A DNA stretch of 64,000 bases from an uncultured Candidatus Saccharibacteria bacterium (GTDB lineage: Bacteria; Patescibacteriota; Minisyncoccia; Phycocordibacterales; VMEP01), in the NCBI GenBank assembly GCA_964579635.1, contig CAZOFV010000002.1, forward strand, positions 1,371 through 65,370, given 5' to 3'. The position numbers were made by a program, and so were the translations under genes. The notes under the pieces were generated by a model that saw only the letters and a list, made by a program, of their open reading frames with translations, did not search any database and had not been told where the DNA came from. Within the stretch, counting starts at the first letter, position 1. Each line of letters begins with the position of its first letter. Shown here in pieces: positions 19,614 through 28,195 of this stretch.

Positions 19614-19628
19614 GATAGAAAATTCAAA

Positions 19629-20108
19629 TTATGCAGCTGGTGCTTCTTCTGCCGGAGCTTCAACAACCACTTCTGCTTGCGCTGGGGTTTCTGCTACTAC
19701 CTCCGCCTGTGCTTCAACTGGAGCCTCTTCCACTACCGGTACTTCAGCTGGAATTTCTTCAGGAGCAGGAGTTGCGACTGGTGCTGGTGTAGGGGCTGCG
19801 GGAGCTTCTGCTTTAGCTGGTTCGTCTTTTTTGATAGGACTTTTCTTAGGCAAAACGTTTCTTTTCTTTCCATCAATAATTTTTTTCTCAACTAGGAAAT
19901 TATGCATTGTGTCTGAAGGCAAAGCTCCATGTGACATCCAATGCAAAACGCGATCAGCCTTAACAATGAAGTTGCCGAGCTTAGGTTCATAAGAACCGAT
20001 GACCTCAACGAAATTACCCGTCTTTGGGCTTTCGCGATGATCAACAACAACCACGCGGAAGTGCGGGCTGTTCTTTCGTCCTATTCTTTGTAACCTAATT
20101 TTTAACAT
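19629..20108 (-). CDS. rpsP: 30S ribosomal protein S16 with an Ala/Pro/Glu-rich C-terminal tail
   Basis: N-terminus MLKIRLQRIGRKNSPHFRVVV. The ORF track starts 12 codons earlier. The C-terminal low-complexity region (APAAPTPAPVATPAPEE...) explains the local GC rise. Confidence 0.85.
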   Translation of the reverse strand: MLKIRLQRIGRKNSPHFRVVVVDHRESPKTGNFVEVIGSYEPKLGNFIVKADRVLHWMSHGALPSDTMHNFLVEKKIIDGKKRNVLPKKSPIKKDEPAKAEAPAAPTPAPVATPAPEEIPAEVPVVEEAPVEAQAEVVAETPAQAEVVVEAPAEEAPAA

Positions 20109-20165
20109 GCAGGCAATACTAATAGAAATGGCCCGATAGGTCAAGCTTATTTTTTTAGCTTTTGT

Positions 20166-20241
20166 CTTTAAAAACGCGCATAAAACTTTGCTAAGTTTTT
20201 GCTATGCTCGTGCCGTCGCACTGCGCAATGTTTTTAAAAAC
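20166..20241. promoter_or_regulatory. Conserved structured element, copy 1 (upstream of rpsP)
   Basis: Outer inverted repeat CTTTAAAAAC/GTTTTTAAAAAC, core AAAACTTTGCTAAGTTTTT, inner hairpin GTGC-cgtc-GCAC, then TGCGCAA. Sits just upstream of a predicted rpsP promoter TTGACC-N17-TAGTAT. Confidence 0.45.
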
Positions 20242-20353
20242 AAAAGCAGGGACTAGAAAAGACAAGAATATCCTATCCAAGAGCACCCCCCTTAAAGGTT
20301 CTAATCACCCAATCTAACCAATTTTGGCCACTTTTGTGTTATGATTTGAACCC

Positions 20354-22339
20354 ATGAAAAAGCATACCGATAAACATCATAAAGTAGAGCACAAAAAGGC
20401 TCCTGTGAAAGAACACGCCCAAAAGCACCACGAACATACCGTTGAAGGCACTATCACTGTCAGTTTCAAAGGTATTGGTTTTGTTCGCATTGAAGGAGAA
20501 GATGAATCAATAGAAGTCTCTGCTAATTCACTAAATACTGCGCTTCACGGCGACCGAGTTAAGGTTTCCGTTCACGGCAAAGGACGCAACGGACAACCAC
20601 AAGGTGAAGTTATTGAAATCCTACTTAGGGCAAGATCTGGCTTTGCTGGCACCATAGAAAAAGACCGCGACGTCTATTACCTTATTCCACAAGACCAGCG
20701 TGTTTATGTTGACCTTGTTATTCCAAAAGATGATTTAGGAGAAGCAAAAGAAGGAGATAAGGTTTTTGCCGCATTCATTGAGTGGACCGATCCAAAGAAA
20801 AATCCTGTTGGTAAGGTTCTCCGTGTTTTGGGTAGACCAGGAGAACACGAGGCAGAAATGGTTGCTATCGTTTTGGAATCTGGTTTTGATACTGGTTTTC
20901 CAAAAGAAGTTGAGGACGAATCAAAAAAGCTTGAAGAAAAAGGTATTACTGAAGATGATTTAAAAGGTCGTCGTGATTTTCGCAACACTACAACATTCAC
21001 CATTGACCCAGAAGACGCCAAAGACTTTGATGACGCCATCTCAATTCAAGATTTAGGTAACAATGTTTATGAAATCGGTGTGCATATTGCTGATGTTTCC
21101 CATTATGTTCGCCCAGGAACCGAAATTGATAAAGAAGCGATGAAACGCACAACTTCTATATACCTCGTCGACCGCACAATTCCAATGCTTCCGGAAGGAC
21201 TTTCTAATGGATTATGTAGTTTAAATGCAAACGAAGACAAACTGACTTTTAGCGCCGTTTTTAAAATTGATATGCAGGGGAAAATATCTGACTATTGGTT
21301 TGGTCGCTCTGTTATAAAATCAAATAAACGCTTTACCTACGAAAATGCCCAGGAAACTATCGATCGTGGTTCTGGAGAATATTTTGAAGAACTCGTAATT
21401 TTAAATAAGATTGCCAAAAAATTAAAACAAAAACGCTTTGACGAAGGTGCCATTTCTCTTGAACAAGAAGAAGTGCGTTTTAAGTTGGATGAAACCGGGC
21501 GCCCTGTATCTATTTATAAAAAAGTTCGTGGTGATACTCATAAACTCGTTGAGGAATTTATGCTACTTGCCAACCGCGAGGTTGCCTCATTTGTCGCCAA
21601 AAAACACGAAAATGAAGATGGTGTTTTCGTTTACCGTATTCACGACGAACCAAATACAGAGCGTATCCAAAACCTCGCAATATTCGTTAAAAGCTTGGGC
21701 TATGACCTAAAAATGACCGATGGGAAAACGACACCAAGAGATATAAATAATCTTCTAGAAAAACTTGAAGGCACAAGTGTAAAAGACATGATTCAGACCG
21801 CCGTTGTCCGCTCAATGGCAAAAGCAATTTACACAACTCAAAACATTGGCCACTTTGGCTTAGGTTTTGAGTTCTATACACATTTCACATCTCCTATCCG
21901 TCGTTATCCAGACACCATGGTCCACAGACTTTTAGCACGATACTTAAACAACGAAAAAATAGACGCAAAAGAATGGAAGTTCTACGAAAGAATGTCTACC
22001 TTTTCATCACAACGAGAAAAAGAAGCATCTGATGCTGAGCGTGGCTCAATCAAATATAAACAAGTGGAATATATGTCAGAACGCATTGGGCAGATTTTTG
22101 ACGGCGTAATTTCTGGAGTTACTGAGTGGGGTTTCTACGTTGAAGAAAAAGAAACGAAATGTGAGGGTATGGTTCCGCTACGAACATTAAACGACGACTT
22201 CTATAATTTTGAAGAAAAACGCTACCGCTTGGTTGGAGAAAAAACAAAAAAAATATATTCTCTCGGAGATAAAATAAAATTCAAAGTTGAAAAAACAGAC
22301 CTTGGAAGAAAAACTATTGATTACTCTTTAGTAAGTTAG
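20354..22339 (+). CDS. rnr: Ribonuclease R (RNB family 3'-5' exoribonuclease)
   Basis: RNB catalytic domain conservation, C-terminal S1 domain, His/Lys-rich N-terminus. Confidence 0.88.
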   Translation: MKKHTDKHHKVEHKKAPVKEHAQKHHEHTVEGTITVSFKGIGFVRIEGEDESIEVSANSLNTALHGDRVKVSVHGKGRNGQPQGEVIEILLRARSGFAGTIEKDRDVYYLIPQDQRVYVDLVIPKDDLGEAKEGDKVFAAFIEWTDPKKNPVGKVLRVLGRPGEHEAEMVAIVLESGFDTGFPKEVEDESKKLEEKGITEDDLKGRRDFRNTTTFTIDPEDAKDFDDAISIQDLGNNVYEIGVHIADVSHYVRPGTEIDKEAMKRTTSIYLVDRTIPMLPEGLSNGLCSLNANEDKLTFSAVFKIDMQGKISDYWFGRSVIKSNKRFTYENAQETIDRGSGEYFEELVILNKIAKKLKQKRFDEGAISLEQEEVRFKLDETGRPVSIYKKVRGDTHKLVEEFMLLANREVASFVAKKHENEDGVFVYRIHDEPNTERIQNLAIFVKSLGYDLKMTDGKTTPRDINNLLEKLEGTSVKDMIQTAVVRSMAKAIYTTQNIGHFGLGFEFYTHFTSPIRRYPDTMVHRLLARYLNNEKIDAKEWKFYERMSTFSSQREKEASDAERGSIKYKQVEYMSERIGQIFDGVISGVTEWGFYVEEKETKCEGMVPLRTLNDDFYNFEEKRYRLVGEKTKKIYSLGDKIKFKVEKTDLGRKTIDYSLVS

Positions 22340-22401
22340 ATTTGCCTAAAATAATTAAGTTGAGTTATATTAAAATCTGTTGTTTTTAGGAGAAAGCTAG
22401 C

Positions 22402-22626
22402 ATGGATGTTATCGCACCTTCAGGAGATGGATTTTGCCCAGCGTGTCACGGGGATGCCATTTATTTCAAACAACTCGACGAAGAAAGGATGGGTAAAGAT
22501 ATTCAGATAACCCGTCTTTATCACTGTGTTTGTGGTTATAAAGCGAAAGTTGTAATCAATGGCCGAAACATACTCTCTTGCAAGAACCCATCTCCGCAAG
22601 AAATAGAGTCTCTGCACGCTTCGTAA
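22402..22626 (+). CDS. GC-rich orphan zinc-ribbon protein (74 aa)
   Basis: SD TAGGAGAAAG before the ATG. CPAC...CVCG cysteine pairs. Shares a terminator with the convergent orphan. Confidence 0.5.
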   Translation: MDVIAPSGDGFCPACHGDAIYFKQLDEERMGKDIQITRLYHCVCGYKAKVVINGRNILSCKNPSPQEIESLHAS

Positions 22627-22639
22627 AAAAGCACCAAAC

Positions 22640-22670
22640 AAAAACCCGCCAGTTGGCGGGTTTTATTATT
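22640..22670. terminator. Bidirectional terminator shared by the convergent Zn-ribbon orphans
   Basis: AAAACCCGCCA-gt-TGGCGGGTTTT. Confidence 0.65.
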
Positions 22671-22684
22671 TATGCCACGAATGG

Positions 22685-22975
22685 CTAAATTGTGAACGGA
22701 GTATTCATCATTTCTATGAATTCTTTTTCTCCGACCTTAGGAACATCATCTCCCGCATGAAGATACTGCCTGCCACACTTACGACAAGCCGCAGTGCGAT
22801 AAAGGAATGCCCCGTTAAACCAGCCGGAAACTTCGCGCACAACATCCCCACCGCAATTTTCCGCCTTGCACTTATTGCCAAGGAAGGGAGTATTTTCTTC
22901 CCGGAATACCTTCCTGGCCTTAAAAAACCTGGCCAAGTTTTCCTCAGACAGCTCAGGAAAATTTCTATTGCCCAT
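22685..22975 (-). CDS. GC-rich orphan zinc-ribbon protein (96 aa)
   Basis: SD GGAGGG before the ATG. CKAENC...CRKC cysteine pairs. GC-rich. Confidence 0.5.
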   Translation of the reverse strand: MGNRNFPELSEENLARFFKARKVFREENTPFLGNKCKAENCGGDVVREVSGWFNGAFLYRTAACRKCGRQYLHAGDDVPKVGEKEFIEMMNTPFTI

Positions 22976-23058
22976 GATTAGTCCCTCCAGTTATCAAACC
23001 AAACCTGTCTTTAAGATATATACGCTAAACAATCAAGTCAACCTTATCTAAATGATTA

Positions 23059-25347
23059 TTATTTCGCCACAGCGACAGCTTCTTCAAATTTAACGGAAAG
23101 TAGTCTCGAAGCCGCGTCCCCTGCTGTTGTAATTCCATAAAGCACTCCTGCGCGAGACATTGTTTCTCTATTGTGAGTGATAACAACTAATTGCGAATGT
23201 TTAGCAAGATTCTCCAGCATATCTGCATATTTACGTGAGTTTGCTTCATCAAGCGCCGCGTCGGTTTCATCAAGAACAAGAAATGGTGGAGGATTAACCT
23301 GAGAGACAGCAAAGATAAGCGCGATTGAGGTTAAAGCTCTTTCCCCTCCCGAGAGCATCTGTAAATCACGAATTTTTTTCTGTGGAAGATTTACTTTAAT
23401 ATCAATTCCATATTTAACATCTTCGTCTTCAGACGCTTCATCATAAAGTTCTTCACCTGTGTCTGGGTCAAAACCGATACTTTTTTGTTTTCTTTTCTCC
23501 TCAATGATTGAGAGTGTGGCTGACCCTCCATCAAACATTAATTTAAAGAATTCATCAAACTGTTTATTTATCTTTTCTATCCCTTCAGAGAACTGATTAT
23601 TTAATTTATCACGAAGGTTTGTGATAAGCGCCTCAATATCTTCTGCGCTTCTCTTTAAGTCACCAATTTCGCGTTCAAGGAAAGTATCTCTCTCAGATAC
23701 CTCTTGATATTCTCTCATAAGTTCCGCACCACCAGCAGCACCCATATCTTCAAGGCGAATCTTCATCCTCTCCATTTTCTTTCGACGATCTTCTTGTATC
23801 TCACGTGGTTCAGACATTAAAGAAGACTCGTCAATTTCAAATGTTTGATATCGCATCGAATCATTACCAATCAAAACTTTCGCCTCCTCAATTTCCGTCT
23901 TCATCATTTCTTCGTCGCGTAAAACAGAATGTTCCTTTGAAGAAAGTACGTCCAACTTAGAAACACATTCACTTCTGTGGGCAGATAGTTCATATAATTT
24001 TCGCTCGTGTTCATGTGACAAATCTTTGTCTTTTTCAAGCTCACTCTTCGCTTTCATATACTCAAGATTGAGAGAATTTTCCTCACCTTCTTTTTTCAAA
24101 ATATCCTCTTCGACTGAAACACACTCACTACGTAACCGAGCAAAATCCTCTTCAGAAAAGATAACTCTTTGTGGAATATTCTCACGAAGAATTACCAAAA
24201 AATCACTAGTTAATTGTTTTAAAGAAGCAAAAAGTGTTCTTATTGCCAAAATATCGTTAATCGTCTCCCCTTCAGATAACAAAGAATTAACTCTCTCAGC
24301 GAAAGAACGAACTCTAGAAACAGGAATTTGTGCGCCTTCTTCTTCTTGGACGTTTGATTCAGCTTCTTTTTTTCTCTCCTCTTCAATTTCTATTCTCCCT
24401 TCAAGTCGTCCAAGCTTTCTTGATAACTCATCTTTATCACGACGAATAGCGCGGAGTCCTTCTTCAAACCTGCGCAAACTAGAAAGCGTCTCTAAGTTCC
24501 TTTCTCTTGAAGCAAGAGAATCTTTAATGCTCCCAATCATTTTTTCAACATCACGAAGAGTGTTGGTTAAAACACTCTTTTCTTTCCCTATTTTTTCTTT
24601 TTCGCGCGTAAGGTAAAACTCTTCACGCTTTAAATATTCCGCATAAAGACTTGATAATTCAACACGGAGCTCTTCTGCTTTTTCAACCTTCTCAACCTGT
24701 TTCTTTAAAAATTTTATATGGGGAGCGATTTCACGACGAAGTGATTCGGCTTTTTCTGTATTTTCACGAGTACGTTCTAATTTTTTTTCACCATCGCTTA
24801 TTTTCCATTGGTATATTTTTAGACCAAGCGCTTCTTCGATCATCGTACGGCGCTCAATGATATTCGCATTCAAAATTCTATCTGCTTCGCCTTGTGAAAT
24901 AATATGATGTCCTGATGCTCCAATATTAACCGAAGCTAAGAGTTCAATAATATCTCGAAGGCGAACCTGTGAACCGTTTATTAAATATTTATTTGTCCCG
25001 TCACGATATACCTCACGAGTAATTGTAATTTTATCAAAATTTAAATTTATATCTCCAGACAGCTCACCCTCAAGAGAAAACATTCTCTTTGAGTTATCAA
25101 AAGTAATGGAAACATGGGCTCGGTTCATTACTGGAATTGCCTTTGAACCGTTAAAAATCATGTCCTCTCCTTTTTTACCGCGGAGAGATTTGAGAGACTG
25201 TTCGCCCAAAACAAAACGAATTGATTCTGCGATATTTGATTTACCAGAACCATTAGGTCCAACAATTGATGTGATTGGGGCGGAAAATTCAAGCTCGCTT
25301 TTTTTAGCGAACGATTTAAAACCGGAAAGTTCAAGGCTCTTCAACAT
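23059..25347 (-). CDS. smc: SMC-family chromosome segregation ATPase (unusually short, 762 aa)
   Basis: Walker A GPNGSGKSN, long coiled coil, ABC signature LSGGERALT, Walker B LVLDETDAALD. Confidence 0.75.
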   Translation of the reverse strand: MLKSLELSGFKSFAKKSELEFSAPITSIVGPNGSGKSNIAESIRFVLGEQSLKSLRGKKGEDMIFNGSKAIPVMNRAHVSITFDNSKRMFSLEGELSGDINLNFDKITITREVYRDGTNKYLINGSQVRLRDIIELLASVNIGASGHHIISQGEADRILNANIIERRTMIEEALGLKIYQWKISDGEKKLERTRENTEKAESLRREIAPHIKFLKKQVEKVEKAEELRVELSSLYAEYLKREEFYLTREKEKIGKEKSVLTNTLRDVEKMIGSIKDSLASRERNLETLSSLRRFEEGLRAIRRDKDELSRKLGRLEGRIEIEEERKKEAESNVQEEEGAQIPVSRVRSFAERVNSLLSEGETINDILAIRTLFASLKQLTSDFLVILRENIPQRVIFSEEDFARLRSECVSVEEDILKKEGEENSLNLEYMKAKSELEKDKDLSHEHERKLYELSAHRSECVSKLDVLSSKEHSVLRDEEMMKTEIEEAKVLIGNDSMRYQTFEIDESSLMSEPREIQEDRRKKMERMKIRLEDMGAAGGAELMREYQEVSERDTFLEREIGDLKRSAEDIEALITNLRDKLNNQFSEGIEKINKQFDEFFKLMFDGGSATLSIIEEKRKQKSIGFDPDTGEELYDEASEDEDVKYGIDIKVNLPQKKIRDLQMLSGGERALTSIALIFAVSQVNPPPFLVLDETDAALDEANSRKYADMLENLAKHSQLVVITHNRETMSRAGVLYGITTAGDAASRLLSVKFEEAVAVAK

Positions 25348-25382
25348 GATATTTGATACGAAGTATAGCCTATTTAAAACTT

Positions 25383-25416
25383 AAAAAAAATGGGCCCCGC
25401 GTGATGCGGGGCCCTT
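25383..25416 (-). terminator. Rho-independent terminator of the 220-aa orphan
   Basis: GGGCCCCGC-gtgat-GCGGGGCCC hairpin followed by a T-run on the minus strand. Confidence 0.6.
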
Positions 25417-25434
25417 CAAGGCGAAAACAAACTA

Positions 25435-26094
25435 CTAAAACTTGGGGATACGCTCCCCGACGACAATTGCACCATCGAGCGGTTCCGGCGTCGGGAAATG
25501 ATGAACGTTCTTCATTCCCTTCGGTATGAACGGGTCGCGCCCTTGAACGACGCGCCATTCATGAGTCGGGAAACGTCCGACTTCGGTCTCGCGCGGGAGA
25601 ATGAACAGGTCTAGGTAGAGATATTTCCTGCCATCTTCGCAACGCTTCATCCAGACTTGCGCATTGCAAACCACCTTTTCTCCGGCAAACGGTCCCGGAT
25701 TATGGGGGTGGTAAACGTGAATGTTCATCACGCCGCCTTTCACTGGGCGGAAAAAGCGAAGATAGTCATTACCCCCGTTCACCCCGGCCTTGTACTCCGC
25801 CATGTCCGGAATCTTCACCGAAAACAGCGCCTTTGCGTCAGACCACAACAGCTCGCGAGAAGCGACGCCATCGGACGAAACAACCTTCTTCGGCATTGGT
25901 GCCGGCGCGGGTGCCACTACCGCTTTGGCTTGGTCGGCCTTTTGCGCCACCTTGCCGTTTCCCTTCTTGGCTTTTTCTGCCCTTTCGTTTTTTGCCTTTT
26001 TGACCTCCTCGATCTTCTGGGCTCTTGCCTTCGAAGCCACTTTCGGAAAAAACATCCCGAGCTGTTCGGCCATGCCAACGTGCTGTCCACTCAT
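25435..26094 (-). CDS. GC-rich orphan protein (220 aa) with a Lys/Ala-rich N-terminal region and an unknown C-terminal domain
   Basis: SD CTAAGGAGGAAAACC before the ATG (26094). The ORF track starts earlier at a TTG. No recognisable domain. Confidence 0.5.
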   Translation of the reverse strand: MSGQHVGMAEQLGMFFPKVASKARAQKIEEVKKAKNERAEKAKKGNGKVAQKADQAKAVVAPAPAPMPKKVVSSDGVASRELLWSDAKALFSVKIPDMAEYKAGVNGGNDYLRFFRPVKGGVMNIHVYHPHNPGPFAGEKVVCNAQVWMKRCEDGRKYLYLDLFILPRETEVGRFPTHEWRVVQGRDPFIPKGMKNVHHFPTPEPLDGAIVVGERIPKF

Positions 26095-26187
26095 GGTTTT
26101 CCTCCTTAGGAAAAATGTTTGAAAATACAACGATCAATAATGCTCTTAAGATTAAAGCATTTTTATGCTAATTTGTCAAACAAAAAA

Positions 26188-26898
26188 TTATTTTAGCCAG
26201 CCTTTTTTCTTTAAAGCACCTTCCGCCGCTTTTTGTTCAGCCTCTTGTTTTGATTTACCAGAACCATCCACAATTAATTCTTTAGAAAGAAAAACCCCGA
26301 CAGTAAACCGCTTATCATGATCTGGTCCAGATTCAGATAACACTTTGTAAACCGGAGTAATACCAAAATGCTCCTGTGCTTTTTCTTGAAAAACGCTTTT
26401 AGCATCACGCCATGAACCCTTCTCCAAAATCTCTTTCATTTCTGGAAACAAAAACTCCTCAACAAAATCGTTTGATTTTTCATAACCTTGATCAAGATAA
26501 AGCGCACCCAAAAACGACTCAAAAGTATTCGCCAAGATATCCTGCCTTGCCTTACCAGTATCTTTTGATTCCCCTTTTGAAAGAAGCAGGAATTCATTCA
26601 TTCCAAGTTTTTCCGCAACCATAGAAAGAGTGACTGCATTCACAAGTGCCGCGCGATACGAAGTTAAATCCCCTTCATTTTTATCTGGATAATTTTTATA
26701 CAAATAATTTGTGGTAATAAGCTCAAGAACAGCATCACCTAAAAATTCCAAACGTTCATTATGATGAATTCCAACCTTTGGGTTTTCGTTTAAATATGAA
26801 CGATGAATAAACGCCTGCTTTAATAGGTTTTTATCTTTAAAGTTAACACTTACCTTTTTTTCAAACTTTGAGAAATCAATCATGTTTCTTGAGAACAC
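26188..26898 (-). CDS. rnc: Ribonuclease III
   Basis: ERLEFLGDAVLE signature, C-terminal dsRBD. Confidence 0.9.
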   Translation of the reverse strand: MFSRNMIDFSKFEKKVSVNFKDKNLLKQAFIHRSYLNENPKVGIHHNERLEFLGDAVLELITTNYLYKNYPDKNEGDLTSYRAALVNAVTLSMVAEKLGMNEFLLLSKGESKDTGKARQDILANTFESFLGALYLDQGYEKSNDFVEEFLFPEMKEILEKGSWRDAKSVFQEKAQEHFGITPVYKVLSESGPDHDKRFTVGVFLSKELIVDGSGKSKQEAEQKAAEGALKKKGWLK

Positions 26899-26986
26899 GA
26901 ATCATGGAACATGTAACAAAATAATTGTTCAAAATTCCATAACTACGTTCGAATTACTTTCTAATATTCAAACATTAAAACTATCT

Positions 26987-27886
26987 TTATTTCTTCAAAA
27001 GAACGCCTACTGCTTTTGTGATGATTGGCACAATATCATCATAAAGATTCAAAGAAGGAACTTCCGTTACAGGGAACCATCTTGAATCATCGAGTCCGCC
27101 AACTTTCTCTGTTGTAAGTGTGACAACCGGCGATTCAGCAAGATAATAACAAACCTGCTTCCTTAGCCTACCTTTTTCTGGGTCAGTTGCAAGATACTCA
27201 TTATCTCCAATTTTTTCTTTAACTGTAACTGGAATTCCAAGCTCTTCTTTGGTTTTTCGATTAACCGCTTCTTCGTCGGTCTCGCCTTCTTGCAGATGAC
27301 CCTTAGCAAGCGTCCAGTGTCCAAAAATATCGTGAACCAAAGCAAGCTGTAAAACACCGTTTCCCCAACCAAAAACAATTGCACCAATTAATTTATCAAT
27401 TGGGAGTTTTTCTATGTCTTCCGGGTCTTTGCTGTGTTTATTTTTACTCGTATCATCTTTTCCTGGTTCGCCCAACTCTTTATAGACCGCACCCAAAACT
27501 CCATTAACAAATTTTCCACTATTCTCTCCGCCAAAAGATTTTGCCAATTCAATTGCTTCGTTGATTGCAACCTTTGGTGGAACCTCGAGTCTATCTGCAA
27601 AAAGAAGCTCAAAGAGCCCTAAACGTAAGATATTTCTATCAACTGCTGCAATTCGATCAATCGGCCAAGCTGGTGCCGCTTTTTCTATAATGTCGTCTAG
27701 TGTTTTTGTACGAGAAGCAATATTGACGGAAAGTGTACGCATAAAATCTGCGTCACTTGTTCCTGGGGCAAATTCTTCAATATTTCTTTTTAAGGTGTCT
27801 TCTAGAGTATTTTCCGGCTGGCCATTAAAATCCCACTCAAAGAGGGTTTGGAGAACTATTGACCGTGAAAGGTGCCTATTAGCCAT
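26987..27886 (-). CDS. nusB: NusB antitermination factor fused to a C-terminal NUDIX hydrolase domain
   Basis: N-terminal about 140 aa NusB fold. C-terminal Nudix box GHWTLAKGHLQEGETDEEAVNRKTKEELGI. Confidence 0.75.
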   Translation of the reverse strand: MANRHLSRSIVLQTLFEWDFNGQPENTLEDTLKRNIEEFAPGTSDADFMRTLSVNIASRTKTLDDIIEKAAPAWPIDRIAAVDRNILRLGLFELLFADRLEVPPKVAINEAIELAKSFGGENSGKFVNGVLGAVYKELGEPGKDDTSKNKHSKDPEDIEKLPIDKLIGAIVFGWGNGVLQLALVHDIFGHWTLAKGHLQEGETDEEAVNRKTKEELGIPVTVKEKIGDNEYLATDPEKGRLRKQVCYYLAESPVVTLTTEKVGGLDDSRWFPVTEVPSLNLYDDIVPIITKAVGVLLKK

Positions 27887-27913
27887 ACCGTAATGGTACG
27901 AGATGAGAAAACG

Positions 27914-28138
27914 TTATTTTACCGCCGAAGCTTTCTTAGCCTTCTTTTCTTTCTTCGCTATCTTTTTGTTTACATCAAGTACCTGGCGACCACGGTAAGT
28001 ACCGCAGTTCGGGCAGACCCGATGCGTAAGGTGCGGTGCCGCACATTTCTCGCACTTAGATAACGAACCCCCCACTAATGCGTGGTGGGAACGGCGATTG
28101 CGGGTGTGAGCCCGCGTGTGTCTCATTCGTACAACCAT
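27914..28138 (-). CDS. rpmF: 50S ribosomal protein L32
   Basis: RRSHHAL...CxxC...[13 protein letters not shown] zinc-ribbon signature. Confidence 0.85.
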   Translation of the reverse strand: MVVRMRHTRAHTRNRRSHHALVGGSLSKCEKCAAPHLTHRVCPNCGTYRGRQVLDVNKKIAKKEKKAKKASAVK

Positions 28139-28195
28139 AACTTGCGTAGTATTACAAAAAGAGACAAAAAAGTAAAGGTTTCATTTTTAAACACA

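Noticed and set aside
19629-19860. GC-rich stretch at the 3' end of rpsP as another foreign island
   Set aside because: It encodes an in-frame Ala/Pro/Glu/Val low-complexity tail of S16 with no separate SD or promoter. It is a native low-complexity extension.
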